64,000 nt of DNA. It comes from Amphiscolops sp. MND2022 (Eukaryota). Made by a program: the position numbers and the translations under genes. Below, in pieces: positions 13,901 to 26,500 of this stretch. The stretch is taken from positions 22,508,001 through 22,572,000 of the forward strand of contig OZ076409.1 of the NCBI GenBank assembly GCA_964187785.1. The letters run 5' to 3'. The notes under the pieces are model-generated. The model made no database searches and was not told where the DNA came from. It saw nothing but the letters and a program-made list of their open reading frames with translations. Every line of letters begins with the position of its first letter. The first letter of the stretch is position 1.

Positions 13901-14294
13901 AAAACATATTGCAACCCTACCTACAGGACATATTGGATACATTGAAGTTCCAATTACTAATGAAAAACCTAAATTCTTCCAAGTTAACGACATTAATACT
14001 TTAATACATAACGTTACCCATACTTATCATCCTAATTTTACTGAACCACTTCCACAGACCAACTATATTGTACAATATGATGATCCTACAACCCCTCCTC
14101 CTCAATTCTCTCTACATCAAATTTATAAGACAAATAACGACATTCCAAATCAAACTTCTCCTTTATATAACGTTCAGCCTACTTCTCATACTTCCGAAAA
14201 ACGCATTTTCACTTCTCTACCATTTACTTCTGAAAATCTGAAATTTAATAATAAATTTAACTTCCAATTTTCTGACCTTACAGATTCAGAATAA
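10977..14294 (+). CDS. gag: Element A Gag-protease (low-complexity S/T/N/Q N-terminus, capsid, CCHC, RS-rich tract, aspartic protease)
   Basis: Capsid-like IKPFDG..SLTGTALSWY..FKKQF; zinc knuckle CSYCHRTNHSISAC; protease LLDSGAS..ILGTPF. The TAA at 14292 is in frame with the RT, so it is probably a mutation in a single gag-pol ORF. Confidence 0.9.
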   Translation: MQQPNPSETNTIHNISEFSEETVQNTRSFTITDDSNLIIIPTHNITQNEITNQNQDNTSNTNTDNTSILSTSNTNITQSSQTQILSPRNYNPPSVPPQFSTQINTHDSSQQSSSNTPYIAQNNNTVHFQTPTPPLSSEIHTSTYTPAQTNSVQTTQTTLNINTIHSNPSTNYTTARHLSRHPLQPILTNPLSYSLTSTNPSHTQQSQINYNTPIPLNTLSSQHTSNTIIPTLQTSQFQLPNPPSTTSRTNPHFYNTSTTSLPNISNNPTYNTTPPSTISHTSMSHPTYINSSTSKSEPIKPFDGLDHNYTPEEYLQHIEARVTFSLGLQPTSEHEYKFWHARRMAFIQGSLTGTALSWYIRLNDTYKHDWHVFVQAFKKQFSSQKNAYYAQVEAFNLNKKDNETVRHFALKLQQLVEKGWCNENASTINLKCNEIFTKRFPKNLEDFANKRQVKHTSTVLEPSIPFHTLVKLVDAEDIANDKIRTHDLALEIKNITKQLNTQTLDHSSQEQLMYTQPKDPNNKNKPAYKKYCSYCHRTNHSISACFKKQRDDEDKREAYARSKSPQKLFVQYFRSPSNDRTKHYDNRYRSRSTSRDNSYNKNCSQNRYRSTSRDRDRFRYDKSTTPPHYSESRYDTYKRDSRSYRSPYRCSYRSPYRQNSRPRYRSRSYSRDNKFTKYTKSYRPPSRPRDFRFSRSRSHSNSRNKINMIQQQDQTDPIKFEVHMYHPTSMANAVTPTSWFYTLYVHTPSSIVLRDNPSRLEIAFLLDSGASISVLNYPTYITLTKLLDIRSNHTSYVGPTRNSKTLTVANQTEVSILHYANIILNTTIDEDSRFFSVPFPVADIKYNILGTPFFEDNIQNINIQDFTLEFKYQSKTHPNYAKFTTLLSKDSPYFSYIYRINSKTQIRLKPKSSKIAHFPIKNYHNLHFTTTPQNHFFPSVPHTYFATKFRTNFNFIEVFTDDKPDICATIIQNTSKHIATLPTGHIGYIEVPITNEKPKFFQVNDINTLIHNVTHTYHPNFTEPLPQTNYIVQYDDPTTPPPQFSLHQIYKTNNDIPNQTSPLYNVQPTSHTSEKRIFTSLPFTSENLKFNNKFNFQFSDLTDSE

Positions 14295-17200
14295 ATTACT
14301 CTTTGCAAAATGTTACTCAAGTATAAGACATGCTATGCAACTCATAAAAATGATGTTGGAAAAATTTCAACACCCTTTCGTATACGACTTAAACCAAATG
14401 CTCAACTTATGACACAACGTCCTTCCAAAGTCCCTGTTCACTACCGAGACAAACTTAACGTACTTCTCAAAGAACTAGAAAAATATAACATTATCAAACA
14501 AATTGGTTCTTCTCCTCAAGACAAACGCGTTTATGACACAACTTATTTAAACCCCCTTATTATAATTCCCAAGGGAGATACAATAAAATGTGTATTAGAC
14601 GCTCGACACCTTAACTCCAATACAGAACATCCTGATGAATCTTGGCCTATTGAACCTCTCGCTCCACAATTAGCACGCGCAAATAAAAAGTACAAAGCTG
14701 CTATTGACCTTATGTATGCCTATGCACATACACCTCTTGACGAAGATACTATAAAACTTACTAGTTTCTCTTCCGGAGATAAACTTTTCGCTTTTATCCG
14801 AGGCTTTTATGGTCTCAAAGGACTACCAAACTTCTATACAAAACAAATGTCTACTTTCTTTAAAACTCTTATAGAACAAGGTTTCGCTCTTGTCTACATT
14901 GACGATATATTACTTTTATCTGATTCTAAAGAACACATGTTCCAACTCATAGAACAACTACACATTGTTAGTACAAAAAACAATCTTAAACTAGCCCCTG
15001 AAAAATCCTTTTTCATGCTTCTTAAAGTCAAATTCCTTGGACATGAAATTGATTACAATATAATTAAACCAATACATTCAAAAATTGCAGCTATCCATAA
15101 AATCCCTTCTCCAACTGGCAAAGTTGCCCTAATGAGTTTCATTGGCGCACTCAATTTTTACACCAAATTGTTTGAAAAACTACATATAAACCTCAAACCA
15201 TTTGACGATCTTTTACATGAAAACACTCCTTGGAAATGGACAGACGAACACGAAAGTCTATTCCAAAAACTTAAAATGTCTCTCACTTCTGAAACAGAAT
15301 TAACAATGACAAATACAAAACATAATTTTTCATTACAGTAGACGCTTCCCTTATTGGATTAGGCGCTGTCTTATTCCAATTAAATGAACAAAACAAAATG
15401 AAAGAAAGTCATATCGTACAACTCTCGTATACTTAATCCACAAGAACAAAAACTCTTCACACTTGATAGAGAACTTCTTGGTATAGTACACACACTTCAA
15501 ATCTATGAATTTCTCATCATAGGTTCTCCCCATCCAATACACATTTTTACTGATCACAAACCTTTATTACATTGTTTTACAAAGAAAGGTAATCTCAGTC
15601 CTCGTTTCTACAGAGCTCAAATGCAATTGACAAAATTTTCAAAACTCAAAATAATTCACACTCCTGGAAAAAATCTCTCTGTTGCCGATATGTTGAGTCG
15701 CTCCTTCACAAAAGCTGAATTACAACTAAACCAGTTAAAACATAAACACCTCCCACCACAAATCGATTTTGCACTTCTACAAGACAACACTCTTAAACCT
15801 GTACATTACTTAATTAAACATGAAGAATTTTTACCTCATCAAAAACATGACTCTCATCCAATCCTCGCTGATTATGGTACAGATCAATTCTCTATTCGTA
15901 TCAATGATAAAGGAAATGACATTGTTGTCAAACCGTTACAATCCTTCTCATTCAAATCCATAACTCCTTTTCAAACTAAGTTCAAGACACCTATAAAAAA
16001 GAACAATAAAACCCTTCATCAACAATCTCTCTTACTTAATGATACTGACGTTACAAGTGACGACGAAGATCATATATACACCAGAATTCCAAAATCTGAC
16101 TCTTCCTTCTTACAAGACACAACATTACAAACAGAAAATTATTCTACTCTTAAACAACCAACTCACACTACCTCACAAAAATCAGTTTCTGCAATAAATG
16201 TACAACCCAATTTACCCTCTCTAACACACTGTCAACAAATTATACCTTTCTATGATACATCATTTTTTAAGTACAAAAACTATTTTCAAGGTTTCTTCCT
16301 TCCAGATGATTACTCATTAGACATAAAAACTCTTCAACAACAACAATCCCAAGATCCGGTTCTTAGTATTGTTTATTCTTGGTTATTAAACAATGAAAGA
16401 CCCGAATTTGTAACACCTCTTATTCCTGGTACTCCATTTTTACATGTATATTACAAAAGATTTTCACAACTTTTCATTGACGAATCCATTAATCTTATTA
16501 GTCTATATATTACAAACCCTACTGTTATAAACCAATGCTCTACTCCAAATTTTATACAAGACACTATTCGTATATGCCTTCCTTTTCGACTGTTCAAAAC
16601 CGTCTTTAACAAACTCCATGAGCACTCTTATACTGGTATGAAAATTACAAACAATGCATTCAAACAATATTACTACATTCCATTTCTTGAAAAATGGCTT
16701 TCCATTTTCATACATGACTGTATTGAATGTCAACGTAACAAACACTTCAGTATGAAAATTCAAACTGCTCCTACACAATCGTTTTCAGAACATGCTCCAT
16801 CTTTCAACTATCGAATTTCAATGGACACTAAAGGACCTATTAATCCTCCTTCTCACAATAAATCCTATGTACATGTAATCATTGACGCTTTTAGTCATTT
16901 TGTTGTTACAGTACCCATTAAATCAAACAACGCAAAGACTGCTATCAAAACTCTCCTACACAATTGGATCATTAAATTTGGACCACCAATATATCTTGTC
17001 ACTGATCGTGGATCAGAATATGTTAATAAAGAAATGGCACACCTTTGCACACTTATGGGAATTCGTCATTCTCCTAGAACAGCTTACTCTCCTTGGACAA
17101 ACGGCCTTGTTGAAGTACAAAACAGAAATCTTGGTACCCATTTACGAATGTTCTTACATGACACACCTAAAGATTGGGCATTCCAAGTCCATATGTACGC

Positions 17201-18158
17201 TTATGCACACAATTCACAACCACTTTCAGAACTCAATATTTCACCTCACGAAATTGTTTTCCACACCCGACCCAGAATACCCCTTACATTTGATTTGAAC
17301 CTTACCCGAGACACCTCTAAAACATGTATTTCACGATATTGCTCTCAACTTCCAGAACACTCCCATTATGATAAATCAGATTTGAACCCATTTTTCTATA
17401 AAACACTTTCAAAACCCAACCCCCATTGGTTTCTCGCTGTAGAAACTGCTATGTTACAAATTTATTCTACAGTATACGAAAACACCCTACGAAAAATCAA
17501 TTCACACGCATACATTACAAAAACTTACCATGAAGGTAAACCCCTTCCTATTGGTACCTTTGTTTTAAAACGCAATTTTACACATGTTCATTTTTCTGAC
17601 AAACTCAAACCCCTTCGGATTGGACCATACAAAATTCTTGATAGATTATCAGTTGTTACATATGAACTACTTGCACAAGATGGCTCTACAGTACACGTCC
17701 ATAGAAATCATTTAATCCCATATTATCCAAAAGAACCACTCTTATATCCACATCTGCGTAGTTTTATGCGCTTTTCAGATACAACTCAATTCCATATTCC
17801 ACAACCTACCAAATATGCAAACAGTGATTCTTCCCCTTTTAACTCAGACGAATCCTCGTCAGAAGAAGATTCTCAAACATTTGCAACGCCACCATCATTT
17901 AGTACATCCAATCAAAATACACCATCTATAACATCCAATGACAAGTCTTTCACTCCCTCAACCAATGACAACTCCTTATATAGACATATAATTAATACCC
18001 CTCACACTAATGTCTCTAGTGACAGATCAAGACATTCATCTACTAACCAAACAACTTCACTTCCTCCTATAATTGACAGAACCACAAAAACTACTTATAA
18101 ACTACGACAACAACCTGAGTTAGATTATAGACTTTTTATTACACCCTCAAAACTGTAA
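14295..18158 (+). pseudogene. pol: Element A pol (RT, RNase H, integrase), with frameshift(s) near 15330-15410
   Basis: RT LDARHLN, IDLMYAY, YIDD; RNase H VDAS and FTDHKPL..NLSVADMLSR; integrase zinc-binding region HEHSY..CIEC, catalytic DTKGP / TDRGSEY / VEVQN, and GPY motif. Confidence 0.92.
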
Positions 18159-18289
18159 TCCCATCATTCTCTTCGTTGGCTCACTCAAAACTAGTCACTC
18201 CAATTGAATGAAATATAACCCATAACAAGTTATCTCAAAGATAACCTGTTGAAAACAATTCAACAATCCTGGATCCTCCCTCTGATATA

Positions 18290-19486
18290 TCTCCATCAGC
18301 TCCAAGTATTCCTTCCACACCTGAATCTTCAGTATCTAGCACTACAAACTCTAGTAATGTAACTCCTACTACTCCTTCTAAAGGACCAAGATCATACATC
18401 TCTGAAACCACCTCTTCATCACTTCTTCACAGACCACCTATAACTGAAATCCCTATAAACACTCGTCCTCAACAAACTCCTATTAACACTCCTATTATAC
18501 ACATACCAAACCCTGAAAGTGTTGAACAATACGTAACATACAAACATCCTACAGCTATCAAAACTGTTAGACTACAACCTCAACTTAATCTTGTACAAAT
18601 CCCTGATACTGAATATACAAAACTACCTTCACTAAAATTACCATCAGAACTTAGCACTACTTCTTCAAAACTTTATCCACCATTAAAACCTCTTCGAAAA
18701 CCTTCTACATCACTCTCAAATCTTTTAGACAATAATACTTCAGACTACGCTCCATCACAAGACAAAAGCTCACTTTTTGTACCTAAACATCGATATAATC
18801 TTCGTGAGCTCCCTTCACGTAGACTTAGTACAGACACTTCAACACTCAATTTTTCTGCTCTTTCTAGCAATTCTGCACTACGACTTGTAAGACAACACGC
18901 TCAACCCTTGTCCTCTGACGCACCATCTTCAGAACTCTTTCAATCTCCTCATTTTACTTCTGGTTTTGAAACCGCTTCATTACTCTCATCTAACCCTCAG
19001 ACTGCATTTTTATCAGGAGACCTTTTTTCACAAGTAGTAATCCCTACTCCTGTTCCTGCACATCTTAGACTACCCGAATATTATACTGCAGAACACTCTA
19101 GACCCCCAACTCCAAATTTTGCTGACTATCCACTTAGAGTCGATGGTATAACCATCTACGACCCACAAAACGATCCCCGATTTCCAATTCTTTCAGAACG
19201 TTTCATTAATAACAACGACCTCTTATCTCACAAACGCAAAGAAACAGAACTAAAACGCCTTCAGACATCAAATCTAGAACTTAAATTTGAAGTAAAAGTC
19301 AAATTTCAAGGATTAAATCCACATCCCATATTTCACGTTTCTAAAATAGAACATAAAACCTCTCCTGCTCCTTTTGAAGTAGTACATATTGAAATTGAAC
19401 GCGATCTTAATATACCCACTATCACCTATGGCAACATTGTCTTCTGTAACCCATATTCCGGTCTTAAATATACAACATCTTTTTAA
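18290..19486 (+). CDS. S/T/P-rich open frame between pol and env of element A
   Basis: The frame of ORF 18908-19486 appears open back to ~18290 (PSIPSTPESSVSST...). It stops in a T-run (19480-19484) and overlaps the env frame. Confidence 0.45.
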   Translation, partial: SPSAPSIPSTPESSVSSTTNSSNVTPTTPSKGPRSYISETTSSSLLHRPPITEIPINTRPQQTPINTPIIHIPNPESVEQYVTYKHPTAIKTVRLQPQLNLVQIPDTEYTKLPSLKLPSELSTTSSKLYPPLKPLRKPSTSLSNLLDNNTSDYAPSQDKSSLFVPKHRYNLRELPSRRLSTDTSTLNFSALSSNSALRLVRQHAQPLSSDAPSSELFQSPHFTSGFETASLLSSNPQTAFLSGDLFSQVVIPTPVPAHLRLPEYYTAEHSRPPTPNFADYPLRVDGITIYDPQNDPRFPILSERFINNNDLLSHKRKETELKRLQTSNLELKFEVKVKFQGLNPHPIFHVSKIEHKTSPAPFEVVHIEIERDLNIPTITYGNIVFCNPYSGLKYTTSF

Positions 19487-21059
19487 ACCCTACACAACCT
19501 TTTACATAAATCTAATACTTTATTTACATTTATTCAACTCTACCTTTTCCATACCCATAACACCCTCTGATACAGAAAACTATCTTCCATCGGATGACCC
19601 AAATATTACAAATCTCATGGTTTCTCATTATGACTGTGCAAAACAACACAATCTGAGACAATTTAATCTACTTAATGTAAAACAATGCACTGAAGCTCCT
19701 TCCGACATTAAACATGCCAGTGTTAAAGCCCGTGTATATGTCCGAGCAAAAGCTAAACGTATCAAAGCTTTCAAATGTGTTGCTTATGCAAAGAAAGAAA
19801 GGAAAATATGCTTTCAAGGTTCCGTAAAATACCGTCGTGTTGATAGAACCGTATGGAATCATAATACATTACCACTCCCTGTTACCCTTGACCCAGTAGA
19901 ATGTAAAAACATTATAAGACATTTAAATGGTACAAATGATAAAGTACTGAATAACCTTCAATACAACAAAACCTTTACACTCTTAGAAGACCATTATTTC
20001 CAAGAACGTTTAGAACAATATCAAACTCCTTTCACTGTATATCAATTGAACAAAATGTATACAGGTACATTTACATTTATGCCTGCTGATAAAAACTGGA
20101 TATATGACCCTACTCAAAACCCTTATCATAACTGTCCTGCTCATCACCAATTCGAAGTCAACTTAGTTAGTTGGCGACTAGAAATTTCTGAAGTAGAACT
20201 TACATATGATGACACATCTAATGACATGATAATCGATGGACATACATTACCCTGCTACTTCGCAGATGGTTTCTGTAAACCCACTACAAAAATTCCTTTT
20301 ACTCTTGTTTGGTTCAATGATGATTATTGTCTAATTTTTACCTTACAAGACTTTATTGGACGTATGACTAAAATTGAAGATAGATATTGGATTGAAAAGG
20401 ACTCTTTTGTACATTCTCCACACCCAATAAAATCTAAAACAGCTTCTGGTATCAAAGGTACAGATTATCCCTATGTTTATGCTCCTCATACACATTATCC
20501 AAATAACCCAAGCCTTTCAAGATTTGAAGTTTTTCCTACAGCACAAACCTTTTGTGGTAAACCAGACCCTCTCTATTCTACACAATATTCAGACCTTTTT
20601 GTTACATACACTGATGGTTTCAATATGCATACAGGACAACCCAATCCTCATTTCATGATTGATGAATATATTTCTGGTGAAAAAGTATTGGACACTTCAA
20701 ATAACAAGTTTGTATTCCCTGCATTAAATGTCTCAAACAATTTTGCTACCATTGATTATGATGCACATATAAACACCAAAATCGATTATACTATTAATCA
20801 TGTTTTCCGATCAATGACAGTACAAGAACTAAATACTCTTCATACAATATGTGAACTGGAACGAAACCAACTCCTTACAATACTCGCAATGTCAGTACAA
20901 AACCCTCAACTTGCTGGTTTTCTTTTAACCGGTAATAGAAGTAACTTCTTATACGTTGAAGGCTCAACCGCCTGGCTTTACGACTGTCCTCATTTTTTGT
21001 CTCCTTTATACAAAGCAGATAGATGCTTTGACCGTATACCCATACATTTTAAAGATACC
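19428..21059 (+). CDS. env: Element A env, 5' part: chuvirus-G-like class III fusion glycoprotein, interrupted by element B
   Basis: Signal-like FYINLILYLHLFNSTFS; YDC..NLRQFNLLNVKQC, TFCGKPDPLYSTQYSDLFV, IDYDAHINTKIDY, ICELERNQLL..NPQLAG..GSTAWLYDC, CFDRIP. The Cys/motif pattern matches chuvirus-type glycoproteins as I recall them. Confidence 0.8.
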
Positions 21060-21982
21060 TGTAACGGCTGCTTGCCCTTATCCTGCGCTGAGGCTTGACA
21101 AGCTTTACGCCGCCCTGATCCGTTGCTTAGTACTGTGGACCGTTACTAAACAATTCCTGGTTTTTCGTGTTTTAAAGGACTGTATCTTTTGGCTTGATGG
21201 GTCCGATGTGACCCGTGGAATCTCCTGCGATTCCGCTTTGCACTGAATTGGATCCGATGTGATCCTGCACTCACTTCCCTCACTGTATCTTCACGCGCTC
21301 CGGCTCTCCAACTATGAGAGTAGCTACTTAGTCGCTCTGACTCTAGCGAAAAGTTGTGAAGATTGAGAAGTTGATTAATTAGTCTCGCGGTTCTGAGACC
21401 CAACTTGACTATAGCTATACAGTGGAGAAAATTTCTATCTAATAATGGTATAAATGTGGTTTACAATTCTACAGTAACTATAAGCAAATATCAGTTGAAA
21501 TATGTTGTATAAATAAATGACATTTAAGTGAATTATTGAAGTTATTGGCTATATAAACAAAGCACATGGTGGTTTTGGCATGTTGGTCAGGTGGGTTAGA
21601 AAGTATGTTTACACTATGTAAATATCATTAATTTCAACAGAGTTACATTCTAATGTGGTCATAGGGGTAAATAGCAATGTTTACAATTTCGGTTCAATGA
21701 CCTTGAATACCACACATGTGAGGTGTAAAGGGGGTTACAATGGGTGAATGACCTTGAAACTTAGCCGGTGTGTTTGGGTTATGTACCTGCATATGTGTGC
21801 CAAGTTTCGTGGCTCTAGGGTTATTAGTCTTTGAGAAAAACCATTTGGGGGGGGGGTTTCCACTTTTGTCACACTTGATATTTCTTCAAAATTTCTTCTA
21901 AGTTTTCAAGAGTTTAAGTCTTGTTTCTCAACCAGCATGTTCTGAATCGAGTTTCTTTGCCTGCTGATGACTGGCGCCAACA
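21060..21982 (-). repeat. Element B 3' LTR
   Basis: Direct repeat of 27863-28782; the integrase ORF stops inside it (21928). Confidence 0.95.
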
Positions 21983-23450
21983 TTGCCGGCCCTGTTTTTC
22001 TCCCGAAAAACACTTTCGTAGAACATGGGTGCCAGTTTCACTACAGGTCTTTTGAGTTTTCCATCTTCAGTTTTCACCAGCGCTGATCTCACTCGCCCAT
22101 CACTTCCATGATAGACTTCTAACACACTACCCATCTTGTAATGTGCTCTTTTTACCTTTTCATCCACTATCCAAACCAAATCATTGACTTCTAGTTGTCG
22201 AACTTCTTCTTTGTTCCATTTAGATCTCTCATTCCATTGGGGTAAATATTCTCTATTCCATCTGCTCCAGATCATATCTGCGTATGCTTGTGATACTCTG
22301 AATACTCTTCTCAGATCTGTATATCGCTGAGCGTCAGAAATAAATGGGGTTGCTGGACTTGCACGTCCTAGCAGGAAGTGATTTGGAGTCAAAGCTTCCA
22401 AATCTTCAGGATCATCACTGGCACTAGTCAGAGGTCTCGAATTCAATATCTGCTCGACTAGACACATTGTTGTGGATAATACATCATCTGTCAGTGTTCT
22501 GTTTCCTACAATTGCCATCATAGTTTTCTTGCAGCTTCTGACCATTCGCTCCCAAACACCTCCAAAATGCGGAGCTCCTGGGGGGTTGAACTTCCATTTT
22601 ATTTGCTTTAGAGCCAAAGACTGCTCAATATCTGATTGATTCCAAGCTTCTATCCATTCTCGCATTTCTCTAGCTCCGCCCAGGAAATTTGTTCCATTAT
22701 CACTTAGAATGATATTCGGTTTTCCTCTTCGAGCGATGAATCTCGTAATTGCAGCAAGACATGCGTCGGCTTCCAGGCTGGGCACGACTTCAATATGCAC
22801 AGCTTTTGTTGTTAAACACGTGAACAGACAACACCATCGTTTCATTGATTTCCTCGTGAATTTCACTTCAAATGGTCCAAAGTAGTCCAAATTTCTTCCA
22901 ATCTTTCTTTAGGTAGGTCTGCCATGAAAGGTTGAACTCCTCCGACTTGTTGCTTTCTTCACTTAACACACTTCAGCTTCACATTTCTAAGCGCGTTTCG
23001 GAGTCCAATTATCCAATAATTCTGCTGCAAAATACTGCGAACATACTCTGTTCCTTCGTGGTAGTTATTTTCATGCGCATCTTCAATCAATTTCCTCACT
23101 ATTGGATGCTTCGCAGATAGCAAAATTGGATGTTTCATTTCATAACTGGCATCAGCGTGACGCAGTCGTCCTCTTAATCGCATGAGGTTCTGCTTGTCCA
23201 TAAATGGTGACAGTTTGTTTAAGTGATCAGATGCAGCCATTGGTTTACCTGCGGCCAATGCTTGATATGTTGGACCAAAACTTTCCATCTGGCTCTTCCG
23301 CAGTAACAGTCGCATCACTTGCTGCATTTCTTCTGTTATTACCACCTTTCCTTTGCTTTTTGATTTGAACCGAAGGCAATAGGCGAAGATGCGGGTCGTT
23401 CTTCTGAAAGAACCGAACTTCTCCCAATCAATGTCCTTTTCTTCTGACAC
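21928..23450 (-). pseudogene. Element B integrase
   Basis: HPILL..AHENNYHEG..YWI..C, DYFGPF, SDNGTNF, GGVWERMV, LTPNHFLLG, RPVVKL; stop and short deletion between 22890 and 22960. Confidence 0.92.
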
Positions 23451-23502
23451 GACTTCAAAGACTTGCTCTATGTCTTCTGTTTTCTGCTGAATGTTGGGAC
23501 TC

Positions 23503-26500
23503 CTATGCCAAGGGTTCAGCTTCGAATGTTTTACTTAGCGCGTCTGATCTATCTTCAGAAGGAATTTCTTCCATTACTTTCTCTGAGTTGCAGATCCATT
23601 TCGTTAGTTGAAAGCCACGATCCGCTAAGGATTGTCGCAAGCACTTATACACTTCCACAGCTTCTTCCCTCGAAGCTACTGACTTCACAAAATCGTCCAT
23701 ATAGAAGTTTCTGTTGATCAACTTTGCAACCATCCCATTGTCATCTCTGCTGTCTCGTCCGACTTGTTGCAAAGCGTAGTTGACACATGTTGGCGAACTC
23801 TTAGCTCCAAAAATGTGTCTTCCATATTCATACACAGAGATAGGGTCAGTGTGGTTTTCTCTCCACAAAAATCTCAGTACTCTGCAATCAGTAGGGGGTA
23901 CTTTCACTTGGAGAAACATTGCTTCGACGTCTGCTGTCAGGGCGATTTCCTTTTCCCTGAACATGAAGATAATTCCTATCAGCGATTGTAGGAGGTCTGG
24001 ACCGGCCATTAAGTTATCATTCAGCGAAACACCTCCAAACTTTGAGGCAGCGTTGCATACGCGTCTCACTTTGTCTGGCTTGTTCGGGTTCAGCACAGGG
24101 AGATGCGGAACGTACCACTGAAGGTCTGTTTTTGTGTTTTCAAGTTCTTCTTCCTCCGGAATTCTCACAAACCCCTTTTGTACGTCCACATCAATTGTCT
24201 CTTTGTAGCGTTGTTTCAAGTTCGCATCCTTCTCCAGTCGGCGCTCGAGAGACTTCAATTGGCTTACTGCTGAACTGTAATTGTTTGGCAAATGCAGCTT
24301 TGCATTTTTCCAAAGTAGCCCGACCTCGTACCTCTCTCCATCGAAATTTGTGGTTGCCTTGAGCATTTCGAGGGCTCGCTCGTATTCCTTGGACCTTCCG
24401 GATACGCTGCAGTTGGGAGCATACGATTCCATGCTCCACCAAGACTTCACTTGATCCGCTAACGGGTCCACTTCTGCTGCAACTAGACTTTCAGTTGCGA
24501 GCCTTGCTGTCTCTTGTTGAGGCAATGGTCCACTGAGCATCCATCCCAGTTTCGTTCGCACTGCCCAAGGCTTGGCGTTTCCACACTTTCTATAGTCGAT
24601 TGCTCTATGCAAGTGGTAGCAATCTTGGCACAAGATGACTTTCACATCTTTCAGGTTGATGGTGGAATCTTTCAGCACTGACAGGTGTGGATATTCTTCC
24701 TTCAATTTCTTGAGGTTGTACGTTCGATTTCCTGCATTTACGTCGGGATGACTATATGCCATGATATCTTTTTTGACTTTTCCGTCCTGGTCTCCAATCC
24801 TGACTCGAAGTCGTTTGCTACTAATATCTGACGTTCCATGAATCCCTGCAACATTCAAATCCACTGGCTGTCCCGTCAGATTTAGCGTTTTCATCAGGCT
24901 CTCGTCCACAAAGGACAGGCTTGCTCCAGAGTCGCACAAAGCGAACGTTTTCACAGTTTTGCTCCCACTCCCTATCGATACTGGAATGACTGGAAGCACT
25001 CCACTGCTTCTCATTGAGGACAGGTTGGAGACCTTATCGATATTTTCAACATTTTTCTTTTGTTCCACGTTCTTGTATGTTCTGTGTAGCAATCTGTGAT
25101 GAGGTTTTCCGCAACCATTCACATCGCAGAGTCTACCAGAGCAATTTCTCATCTGATGTGCGTCTGACAAGCATTTGAAGCACAATTTCAGCTCTTTCGC
25201 CTTTTGTCCTCTTTCTTCGACATTCATCTTCTTAAACTTCTCACATTTCCATATTGGATGTTTGCCATCTTTCAGCGCACACTCTCGCTGGTATTTTGAG
25301 TTGTCACTGGTTGTGTTTGTTGTTGATGTGGCAAACGTGGAGCCTTTGGCCTTTTCCTTGTAGTTCGACTTCGCGCGATCAGCATTCGGGTTTGAAGACA
25401 AAAGCAATTCGTCTTGAACATCTGCTATATCATTGAGTCATTCACTGAACACAGCGAGTCCAGGTTGACACAGGTTCGTTTGCTTGACATAAGTGAGCCA
25501 CTTCGTTTTCATGTCCAGTGTTAACTTCCTTGTGGCACTGCCCAGAACTCCTTCTGAGTTTAGGTCTCCCACGTAGTTGAATTGTGTCAAAACATTCACG
25601 CAACTCGACACTAGTCTCGCAAACTTGATCAATGCGGCTCCATCATAAGGTTTCATCGGAGTGAACGAATAGATTCGCTTCAACTGGGCGTTCACAACCA
25701 TTTGAGGTTTTCCAAAGTTCCACGCCACATTGTACATCTCAGCAGTGTACCCAAGGCCAGCAATCGCCTCCTTGGCTTTGCCTGTGACCATGGTTTTCAG
25801 GTGATTCATCTTTACACTGTCGTCCATATTGGCTGCGTGGACGGTTGCTGCTTGAAAGAGTTGTGACCACTCTGGCCACTCCAATGGGTCACCGGAAAAC
25901 TCTGCCAGCTTCAGTTTTGGCAAGCTAGATCTGATGTAGTAGTCATCTCTCGCATTTGACACTATGTTTGGCCCTTGACTTGGCATATACTGCTTCTGTG
26001 TGTTCTCAAGCTGTGGTACTTGAAACGCACTACTCGGGTTGCCTCCATTCGTAGGTGGTACCCAGCCTTGGCTTGTCATAAGGGTCGTTGACGGCTTCGA
26101 TGCGGCGAACTTCACCTCTGGTTGTACTGTTCCAGTTTGACTGACAGCACCTTTGACAGTCTTTGTTCCGTCCTTTCCAATATCTCGCACAGCGGCTTCT
26201 GTGGATATGGTCGGTCTCACTGAGGGTTTCAAGTCCCTCACAAGCGCGGAGCATTGTCCTCCTTGCATCGATTGTACTGTAATCACTGGTGCTGAGACGG
26301 ACGTTTGCTGGTAAACAGATGGCACGTTAATCGCCGAAGCCACGTTTTCAGCTTCTTCGGTCTTGTCCATCCATCCTGAAACTTTTGTCAGGTTGTCATC
26401 TGGAGTCCCGACTGGTGAGATACTTCGCAAGCTGGTGCCACAACTACTTGAAAATTTCGCCAGTTCTATTTCCTTTTCTGCAATTCTGGCCTTGCGGGCC

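Noticed and set aside
13660..13960. Functional dUTPase between protease and RT (also 39890-40130)
   Set aside because: Only a beta-rich dUTPase-like spacer pattern; the conserved catalytic motifs are not recognisable.
14292..14294. Programmed stop readthrough between protease and RT of element A
   Set aside because: TAA in a non-readthrough context, in a copy with several other lesions; most simply a point mutation.
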